Shown here: positions 1 through 9,948 of the stretch, one piece after another
Layout: each line of letters begins with the position of its first letter
Position numbering within the stretch: the first letter of the stretch is position 1
NCBI GenBank assembly: GCA_001687465.1
Contig: LVLI01000282.1
Location: 52,764 to 72,763 of the forward strand
Length of the DNA: 20,000 nucleotides
Source: Halocafeteria seosinensis
Lineage: Eukaryota
Direction: 5' to 3'
Program-made: the position numbers and the translations under genes
Notes under the pieces: generated by a model
Databases searched by the model: none
Seen by the model: the letters and a program-made list of their open reading frames with translations, nothing else
Told to the model about the DNA's origin: nothing

Positions 1-771
1 CCCGGTCTTGTTGAGCTTTCTGTTTTCGATTTTGCGTCGCTTTCAGTGTCTCTGCTAGCTCGGCATTTCCTTCCTGCACTTTTGCTAATTCTCCCATAGC
101 TTCCTTTACTGATTCCTGTAGGCTAGCTACTTCAGCTTCTTGGCTTCGTTCAAACTCATCCAAGAGCTCGTTTTCCACACGATACCTTTGGTTCCACTCT
201 TCGTTCGAAAGATGCACTGCGGCTGAATTGTCCCCTCCTTCATTATTGTATGAGCTTGGTGCCTCGTCGTTATCTCCTTCATGATACTTTTGATCAGGCG
301 ATGGCTCTTCCGATTCATCGTTCCCAGACGCCTCCGGGTCCGCCAGACGATGGAGGTCTCTTCCGGGGGCAGTTGAGGACAAGTGTCCGGCAGACTCTGA
401 GTGCCCATACGACCCATATGGAGGCCCATACGACGTAGAAGAGACTGTTGCAGCTGTGGAAGCCCCTTGCTGCTGCTTGTCACCTCCAATCAAGTGCCCA
501 TTTCGTTGCAAAAAATCACGCGCTCTTCGACGCGTTGGCGACTGTATGTATCACAACATGGTCCAGATCATCGAAAATGCGTGTATATCGTGTAAAAAGA
601 CTCTAAATAAGGGCAAAAAAACGCCCTTGGACGTACCGTTTCTGAGCCACTCGGCTGCTTTCCAGAGCTCCCCTGGCCGATAGGAGAGGACGACGACAAG
701 AAAACTCGGTCAGAACGTTGTCGGTCCGTCGTTCTAAGGGGTGAGCGGTCTTTTGTGTGCCTTTGGGACAT
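1..771 (-). CDS. Partial (3'-truncated by window edge) hypothetical protein with disordered N-terminus and coiled coil; exons 771-637 and 541-<1
   Basis: ATG at 771 gives MSQRHTKDRSPL...SGSET. A phase-0 intron at 636-542 (GTACGT...TACAG, 95 nt) follows. The frame then stays open for 180 codons to the edge: SPTRRRARDFL...ENELLDEFERSQEAEVASLQESVKEAMGELAKVQEGNAELAETLKATQNRKQKAQQDR (heptad-like). It is missing from the ORF track because no stop lies in the window. Confidence 0.8.
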
Positions 772-1131
772 TATAAAAGCGATAATGGAGCTGTAAAGGG
801 AAACCAAGTTCAAGGTGCGTCCTCAGTTTTCTATCTACCAAGGAGCCCAGAGACGTTTACCGCGTATGAATACAGCACAAGCAAGCGTTCAGCACACCAT
901 GCAGTTGAGCAATCATTCCCTCGTATTGAGCCAGCAGAGGCACAGCAAAAAGAAGTGGTCGATGAAAAGGCGAAGAATTGTTTGTACGCTTTCAATCAAT
1001 TCACCGGGAACCACTTGTTCATGTGGGTACAGGAATTCGGTGGAATAATTTGACGAGATACGGTGTTACTATTGCTGATCTAACAGGACAAAAGAACGAG
1101 CGAATGGGTGGCCCCTGAGACTCGTGCTACT

Positions 1132-3437
1132 TTAATCTGACTCAGATTCACTATCGTTGTCTACAGATTCCTCATCATCTATGTCGTCGTATCCCGCTGC
1201 GTGCATTCGCTGCGTCACCTTTTCCAACCATTCTCTAGCTCCCTGATATTTTGGATTTATACTAAGACTAGTTCTAAACATCTCTAAACTCTGAGAGAGA
1301 TTTTCCAAAAAGTAGTGGCACATTCCCATGTTGTGGTATGTTACATGGTGTTCACCACAAATGCTCAACGATCTGTCGAAAAATTCGAGAGCTGCAGTGT
1401 ACATCTTTAGACCCATTAGCATTCGGGCCATTTCAAAGCAGACATCTTTTGAAGGTTGGAGAGGAAAGTATGCGGCATGAATCTGTAGAAACAACGACGA
1501 TACCATGACAACCAACCGATTTCACCCTGTCTTCTGGCACAGCGACTTACTCGTTCCAAATCAATGTTCTTTATATCTTCAATCTGATCTTCGTTGGAGT
1601 ATGGATGGCTTGATTTTTCAATCAATACCTGTATTACATCATATTCATTAGTGTTTGAGAGCGCCGCATCTACACCAGAGACTCTTGAAATATCAATGTC
1701 TTACGGTTTTGAATTTGCAGAACACGTCAGAATCATGACACGACAAACGCAGGAGCGCAAGCACAAGCCGCAATGACGGGTTTGGTATCTGCTATGATTC
1801 CATAAGACGTATAATACTCCTGTGACGAGTACGAGTGCAGACAGAAACGACGCACCTCTTCGCGAACCTTCCTTTGTAATGCCGAAAAGTCTTCCGGAGA
1901 ACACTCGACCACGCTATCCTTCCAGGCCATTCGAGTCTGATAGCGTTCAAGAAAAACACAAGAGGGTTACTAAAAACCTCGGAGGTAAATGCTAAAGACC
2001 ATATGCGTTGGCACTTACCTGAACAAAATCGTCTTTCTTGCCCCCAAGATACAGCGCTGCGCACTTAAATCCTTCCATTTGACGAGTAGTTTCCATAAAC
2101 CCGTTGGCGTGAATACGTTCTTGGGAATTTTGCTTTCTCTTCGCTAATTTGAGCGCTGTCCTCTCCATCCAAAGTCTCAATGCGTGGAAATTGACCATCA
2201 TGGAAAAGCTTCCATGCATCGCAACATGGGGCTCTCGGTGACCTAACAATTCTTCTTCAAACAAGTATCCCTGTGAATACATCGATGTATGAACAGTTAC
2301 TATGTACTACTATTCACACCGATCAGCACTAAGACCGAAACTCACCTTGTCCCCAACCAACACCAGGGCATTGTTGTTCGTCATTTCTTTGGCATTCTCA
2401 AGAAATTGAATTGCGCCATTGGGAATAAGAAATGAAGCATCCTTAAGCTTGGACTCATAATATTTTAAGATAGAGTTCTCTTCCTCTGAGTCGTAGGGAG
2501 GCTTTGAGTCATCCAACAGCCGGTACTCCCATTTGCATCTGATGCGACTTAAGATATCGGGATTCGAGAGATCGGTTTCTTGTTGAGTTGACACGACGGA
2601 TACAGCTCCTTCTTTAACTGTTCCATCTTCGATTCGGTATGCGTCCATTGGGATGGAGTCAAAAACATAATTGCAGATAAACACAGGAGGATTGGCTAAC
2701 GTTTTCGCATCCAGGTCGATATCTCGGAGTTGAAGATGAATCTGGAGGAGAGAGAAGAGAGAAAGGCTACTCTTAGTTTCATTCTTTTCTAATATAAAAA
2801 GCGGTTTTTCTATACACACCTTTTTATCTTTGGTGACATCAAACAATGCAAAATCCAAGAGCTCAATCGAGTCTTCTTGTTCATACAATGGCCTCAGAGA
2901 AACATGATCCTTCCAGTCGTTGATTGGTGCTTCACCCGTCTCTGTAAGTACGTAGACGAACGGAGGTTTCCCATTTTCCATCTTGGGTAGATGCTCCTCC
3001 CATCGTAATAGAGACTCGATAATTAGATACGCCAGTTTCCCATGTCCAGCTCCCGTTTCAATGATGTACAATGGTTCCGCGGCGTTGCCCGCCGTGTGGT
3101 GCACATAGATATCTCGTAGGAGACCCATGATAACCTTGGCATAGGAGCTTGCAATACAGGCATTGGAGGTGACGAAATTAGGCACAGTCCCATCTTTCCA
3201 CGGCTGCGTCCCTTTAGTTTCGTAAAACATGCGCTGTAAACGCCATAAAATCGAGTCCGACAGGCGGCTCGTCGGGTTTTTCGCATCCAGAGGGTACAAA
3301 GGGTTCCCGTCGGCATCCTTAGCAAAGGGTTTCCCGTTCTGAGCATTCGTAGGGGCTGAATGAGAGCCATCTGAAGTCTGTTCATCCCCCGGAAGAGGCC
3401 CTAAAGGGTTGGCAGCACAGTCAAAGATATTGCCCAT
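1132..3437 (-). CDS. MidA/NDUFAF7-like (Methyltransf_28-type) SAM-dependent methyltransferase with C-terminal TPR repeats, 619 aa; exons 3437-2820, 2741-2346, 2270-2019, 1936-1856, 1788-1705, 1628-1551, 1482-1132
   Basis: Six GT-AG introns (67-82 nt) join the fragments into one open frame. Motifs: NFVTSN, SAM-binding motif I LYIIETGAGHGKL, ICNYVFDSIP, LVGDK|GY, SMMVNFHAL, LLRLSCHDSDVF. These are followed by two TPR-like units (VCFEMARMLMGLKMYTAALEFFDRSL; TYHNMGMCHYFLENLSQSLEMFRTSLSINP) and an acidic tail. Confidence 0.85.
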
Positions 3438-3693
3438 TTTCTTCGCTTCTCTTCAACAACCACCCCAACGAATTAATACGGGCTGTATCTGTGTATATTA
3501 CACGTACATACACCCACAAGAGCGAGGAAAAACGACCATGTACATGATGAATATGAAATCGAAAATCTCGAGTCGACGAAAAGATTGTCGTGTCCATGGG
3601 CCCCATTTAGCGTACCTACAAGATGCCCTTCTTTCCATACAATTGATATGATACATGTTGGGGTGTGAGATGCATGTAGCGTAGAGAACAAAG
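3438..3693. promoter_or_regulatory. Probable bidirectional promoter region (256 bp) between head-to-head methyltransferase-TPR and CPSF1 genes
   Basis: Start codons at 3437 (-) and 3694 (+) face away from each other across only 256 bp. This is a positional inference; no specific element was identified. Confidence 0.5.
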
Positions 3694-6600
3694 ATGGCTT
3701 CTTCATCGTCGACAACGAGCTCTTCCTCGAACACCCTGTATCAGGAATGGGGGGCGTCTGGAGGCTGTGATGCTTGCATTTTTTGCTCATGGACAGCCTC
3801 TCCTGTCTCATTTGAGGCGTATAATGGCCCTTCAGAGGACATTCCAGCGTCGGACGTGAATGGACAAGGACCCCCGGCAAGGAAGCGAATCAAAAGAGAT
3901 GAGAAAGAGGAAGTAAAACAGGAGGAAACACGATTTGACACCAACCTCGTTTTGGCTCGTCCCAATGCATTAGAGGTGTATACACTACAGCCAAGGGGTA
4001 TAAATGGTCGAGGCGACCCTAATTTAACAGAAGTAGTAAGTGTTTGTCCTGGAATGGAATTCCCCTGGTTGCTGCTGGCTGTGCACAATTAGTCTCACGC
4101 ATGATGTACAGGGTGATTCCACCGAGCTGGTCTTGGAAGGATCTTTTGCGTTATTTGACAGAGTTGCTAGTCTGTCTGTGCTTAAGTTGAAAGGAGCACT
4201 CGCCAGGAGAGCAACGGGTTTGAACTCTGTCACGGAAGCCGAGGCATTGGTGGTGTCCTTCAAATTGGGGAAGATAGCGGTCGTGTCTTTCGATGTCTGG
4301 CGAAGACGGCTGCAATTGTTAGCCATCTTCAATTTTGAAGCCAACGCGACAGGGCTAGGAGCGCATATCCGTGCGACGGCCTCGGTTAGGCTACCCACAG
4401 GAGCTAGTGGAACAGGGATGGTGAGGATGGACCCCCATCAGCGTTGCCTCGTGATGATTATGTACGAAGATCAGTTGGCAGTGCTACCATTGGCTCAGTA
4501 TTCTGAGAGCCGAGGGATGCTAGGCTTCGAAGAGGAAGAAGACGAGGAGGAAGGCAATTATGGAGATGCATCTCGGGAGGAGCAGCATAAATCAAGTAGT
4601 GGGAACGCTCTAGGAGACATTGACTTCGTAACTGATTACTCAAGCAGACTCTTTCGACCTCCCATTGTTGTACCCTTCTCTTCAATCGGGGAAGGCATCG
4701 CAGGTGAAACCAAGGACTATTGCTTTTTGCGGGGATACATTGACCCTACCGTAGCAATTCTACACGAACCTACTCCGACGAACTCGAGTCGCTTAACGTA
4801 TGAGCGATATACGTGCCAACTAACTGCTGTCACACTAGATCTCGAGACCGGTAGGCATCCTGTGGTGTGGACTGTGCCCAATCTACCGCATGACGCGCTT
4901 TGCCTGGTTCCTGTCGACACGCCTATCGGAGGGGTAATTGTCTTGTGTACGAACGCCATACTGTATCTGAGTCAACAACAGATGCTGGCTCAGGCGCTAA
5001 ACGGCTTCGCTCCCGCAACCACGTACCATCATTCTCGTTTTCGACTGCAACCACCACCCGAAGATATTTCAATCGAACTGGATTCGGTAAGATGGGAATG
5101 GGTATCTGGATCTCAGCTGATTCTTACTATCCAGGAAGGATATACATATGTTGTTAGTTTACAAAAGGAAGAAGAATCCAACTTAATACAGGATATTGTT
5201 GTGCGAGACACGGGGTTAGCACTGAACACCGTGCATTGCATTGCATCGACACTGAGGAGGTGGATGTTCTTCGGCTCCCGGGTTTCGGATTCATTGCTTT
5301 TAACAGTTGTACCTCAGACGATATTTTCCGCTGCTGAGAAACTTCGTTGCTGGGCTCGGATTCGAAAGCTAGACTGGAAAAAGTACCTGCAGAATGGAAA
5401 TATCCGGAAAACAATTGAGGATAATCAGTCTTCTCGTGAAGCCTTCGATCGAGCGCTGCAGAGCCAGGAACTGTCTTCGTCGGAGCAAACTCGCCGCCTG
5501 GTTGCCAGGGAACTGTGCTTGCACTTCCGCGGGGCCCTAGAAGAAGAATATAGTGCCCGTACAGGAGGCATCTTAGCGTCTGGTCGGGCAGCTGGTACCT
5601 CATCTATTTTTAATACTAGTCGAAGCATTTTGATAGATGGAAACAGACTTTCCCGTTCCAGCGAAAGCTTTGATACAGCCAATGAACTAGTGTTCATGAT
5701 TCATGATATACTTCCTGTCGCATCGGCGGTGGGAGATACTACACATTCTCTCTCCTCCCGCGGAGATCTGGAAGATAAACAGCTGCCTGGTGCACCACGC
5801 GCTTCGGAGGTAATTACTACATGTGGCAACAACAGAGATGGAGGGTTCGCAACGTTGTCTCGGAGCTTCAATGGAACGGTGCTTTCGCGTTTGACGATGC
5901 CAGAATGCGTCGGTATTTGGACACTTCCTATTGACATACCACAAGATGTTTCGGATACTACCGATTTGACATTCCCATCTGAGTATGTTGGCACCGGAGA
6001 AGACTTCTTCGACCCAGAGCTCGGTGAATATTCAGTGCCTTGGATGCATCGTCTTGTGATAATTACTACACAGACGAAAACACGAGTCTTATTTGTACAA
6101 GACAACCAATTGGAAGAACTTAAGCAAGAAGCAACCGAATTTCTTCTGGATGTACCTACGCTAGCGGCTGCTCCACTCCTGGGTGGAAGAAGACTTGCAC
6201 AGGTCAACACCAAAGGCATCCGGATTGTCGATAGTTTGGGTGGGGGCTTCGAGGATCTTCTGTTCTACTACGACAAGGAATATGGCGGGCTTGGATTGTC
6301 AGATAGCGATGAAGAGGAGTATGAATACGTTACTCGCGCGCACATATGTGATCCTTACATAGCGTTGGAAATTAGTAATGGTTCCACTGAGATTTTGAAG
6401 ATGGATAAAGAAGATGAAGAGCTTCGGCCGGTATTTTCCACTGAATCTTGGGGATGGTCGCGGGTGTCGAGCGGTGGAGATGACCCCATTGTGGCTATGT
6501 CACTTTATCGTGACAATGGTTGCCTTCGAGACAACTATGGAATGAAACGTTCGACGACGTTTGAGCCTGATTGGCTCGATCGCACCCTCGAGTGCTATGA

Positions 6601-9600
6601 TAAATACTTTCTACGTTCTGGTCAGGATGAACCAACAGCCACGCAAGAAGCTGAAGTGGAGAAACATGTGGATGACGGAAAGGACGAAAGTACAGATGGT
6701 GCAGAAAGAGGGGCAGCACTCTCGGGAGACGACCCTGCTGGTGCCTCTACCACGGACGATGACTACGATAGTGAGGATGAAGCATTGTACGGTAACTTGA
6801 GTAGCAATATACTGGACTTCGAGCGTATGAACCTGGGTGGAGTGTCTTCCCAAATATCGTCGGGAGACTTGGAAGATGAAGAAAAAGCATTATATGGAGA
6901 GGATGGGTGGTTGGACATTGACAAGCAACGGTCTTCAAATAGAAAAAGAGATCGATCTGTCCAGATTGATCTCAGTGGTATAGGGGATGAAATTACCCAG
7001 CTACTACATGATACGACACTACCATCTGCAAATGCTGTTCGCCAAGCTCACTCTCGTTCCTCCGTATCCGTGGAGGACTACCACGTATATGCTGTGGTAT
7101 GTCGACGTTCCGGTAGGATTGCAGTTGAAAATTTATCCTCGGGAGACCCAGGGCACTCTATGGACCTCGATGGTGTTGTAGATGGGCTTCTGGAGCTGTC
7201 AGCACCTAGTGAAACTACCGTGAAAAAGAGTTCATCGACGGACGAAATTGAAGAAGTAAATTTGTGTCGTCTCGGTAGGCTAACTCTAACATTTCGAATG
7301 AAGAGTGGCATCGTGTATATATATGAGGGGAAAATGCTTCCTGCTCCGGAGAGTCGAAACAGCGTTGTGATGAAGTTCACACGGGCAACTCAGCATCTGT
7401 GCGATAATCAATCTCGTGCGTCAGAGAACGATGGCCCATGCATTTTTACGGAGAAGGACAACGCTATAAAATTGCCTCAGTTACAAGCCTTCAGCAACTT
7501 GGGAGATTGGCGTGGTATTGCTATTCTGGGAAGACGGCCTGCCTGGGCATTAGAACAGCGCGGGGCACTTAAGTTAGTTCCTTTACACGTTCCTGATATT
7601 GGTCCTGCCGGTGTTCACCGGTCGAATCTTGTGAATTCTGGAGAAAATCCACTAGATGTAACACCGATGCAAATCAAAGAGGGAATGGGTGCAGCAGCGA
7701 GAGCCCCCCCAGGATCGTCTTCTGCACGCGACTTCCCGGTAACTAGTATCGCACCGTTGAATTCGTTTCTCAGTCGAAATGGAGTGGTGTTTGCTCTGCC
7801 TGGTCAGGCCAGCTGCTGCGTTGTGCAATTGCCAGCTCCTCATTCTCTCCAGCTACATAACGGGACAGTATCAACGAAGAGCTTGCTCGGATGCGGAGTC
7901 CACAAGTTGACGTTTCTACATGAAGGCTCTAGAGTACCTGGTACATCGACGACCACAATACAACCACCTACGGTACAGCAGTGGCAGAAGCAAAAGTCTT
8001 TGCTTGCGCAAAGTGGACGAGATGCAAGAATGCGACTACAAGCAGCGTGGCAGGACGCCGCCGTGATGGAGAACGATAACCAAACGGCCGCGGCAGGAAC
8101 TAGCGTGATGTCATACATTCGAGAGGAGAACGCTCAAAGCAAATATGAATCCTCAAGCCAGAAATCAAGCTCCTGGGGTGGTGAGCTAAAGAGCAGCCCC
8201 CTATTCGCATGTTTGATCAGTTATAGCATTCCCCGAGATATCGAAGAAGAAGCACGTTATGAAGTCAAACGTATCTCGTCTCTGGGTAGTGAATACGTCC
8301 AGTTAGACTTCGGTAAGCATAAGGAGCTGACTAAGCCTGATTCTCAGTATGGAGGGCAGCCTCTTCAAATGGAAGCCGTGCACGAAATTATCTTAGCCAG
8401 AAAGCAAAAAGATTTACTCCCAGGTGAGCAACTGGTGGCTACCCCTGGAAGGGATGGTATCCGATCGTGGGCGCCTTATAGCCATTATGATGATATAATA
8501 ACCGACGAGGAAGCGCACACTCATGAGATATCTAATGAGGAACGTATCCAGCTGAAACGAGAGAAGTCTGAAGACCTAAAAAAGACAACTTTCGAACCTG
8601 TATACCGTGATGGACCAGAAACTGTTGCAGATCTATATGCTTCGGAGCGCTTTGACGATCAAGATTTTATTGCTAATATCCGGAGAAGCTCAATGGATTA
8701 CAAGGTTTTCAATAAACTCCTGAGTCCTTCTCAAAGGAATACTAATGCCCAAATCTTATCTGACCCCTCAGACTTTGTTTGCGTAGACAGATTTCCATTG
8801 ATGAGATATGAACATGGGCTAGTCGTCCGCGAAGCAGCCCTTGCGGATGCTCCAGGGGCACGGAAAGAAAGTTTTGTAATTGTTGGAACAGGGTTCGTTC
8901 CTCCTCGTGGAGAGGACGAAGACGGGCAAGGGCGTCTTATTGTTTTTAAAGTAGCCTACGTTAATGCCGAAATAGAAGGAACATCAGCCAATTCAGCCAG
9001 CGGCGGACAAACTGTGCTCGTGCCAAAGTTGAAATATTTGCTGGACTACAACCAAGAAGCACCGGTCAGTGCTGTCAGTTGCATTACAGTAGAGGGTCGA
9101 GACTATATCGTGATGGCCGCAGGCCGACTTGTCGAAATACATAAGTGGGAGTATGGACGCTTGCATAAAGTCGGATTTTATGATGCCGCCATCTACCCGA
9201 CGGATCTGACCACGGTGAAGAACTATATTGTCCTTGGAGATCTTTTTCAGTCCGTACGCTTGCTTTGCTGGCGTCCTCAGCAGTGGGACCTGTCCCTTTT
9301 GGCTAAGGACACCTCACCCTCGCACACGATATCCTCCAGCACGTTTGTTCATGGAGACAAACTCGGCATTGTTGCGACTGATATGGACAGAAATCTATCC
9401 ATTTTCAGCTACAATCCGAAGACGGGTACGCGTTTGTATTGTCATGGGGATATTCACGTTTCGTCTCCTATTATGGACGCTAACCCCGTGAGGTTACTCC
9501 GTGCAACGCTAGAAGAACAGGAAATAGAGCATCGCGATAAGACCATTCGTTTTGGAATTGCGTTGTGTAACTTGGATGGTGGGGTGTCTATGTTGATGCC

Positions 9601-9948
9601 TCTGGCTCCTGATACGTTTCAGCGTCTCCTTATGCTCCAGAAATTGCTCAATTATGCAATTCCCCATACTGCAGGGGTTAATCCACGCCAAGCGAGGTAA
9701 GTCTTGTATTTATTAAGTTTGACTAATATTGCGCGTCAATCATAGGAAATGTATGCTGCAGGCGATTTACCGCACCGGATAACGTAAAACATATACCTGT
9801 GCGAGGAATCATTGATGGACCTCTTATCTGGAGATTCCTAGAGCAAACGGCCTCTTTACAGGATGAATTAGCTAGTGCAATAGGGACGAGTCGTGATACT
9901 GTTTACTCGGATTTACTCGAATGCGAGCGCTGTTCCGTGGCCTTTTAG
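3694..9948 (+). CDS. CPSF1: Cleavage and polyadenylation specificity factor subunit 1 (CPSF160/Cft1), 2037 aa; exons 3694-4035, 4112-9696, 9762-9948
   Basis: Family motifs: NLVLARPNALEVY, MDPHQRC, FLRGYIDPTVAILHEP, NLPHDA..LVPV..PIGGVIVL, FFGSRVSDSLL, IVGTGF..GEDEDGQGRL, VKNYIVLGDLFQSV, PHTAGVNPRQAR and IIDGPLIWRF..Q.ELASAIGTSRDTVYSDL. Introns are 4036-4111 (GTAAGT..TACAG, phase 0) and 9697-9761 (GTAAGT..TGCAG, phase 2). The last exon is absent from the ORF track; TAG is at 9946-9948. Confidence 0.93.

Noticed and set aside
127..489. 120-aa minus-strand ORF in the track
   Set aside because: It is an out-of-frame shadow of the coiled-coil exon (541-<1), which has splice support and more protein-like composition.
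9285..9307. CCTTTTGGCTAAG resembling the U2 snRNA 5' end (similar GCCTTTTGGC at 19683-19692)
   Set aside because: The first lies inside conserved CPSF1 coding sequence (SLLAKD). Neither is followed by ATCAAGTGTAGTA.
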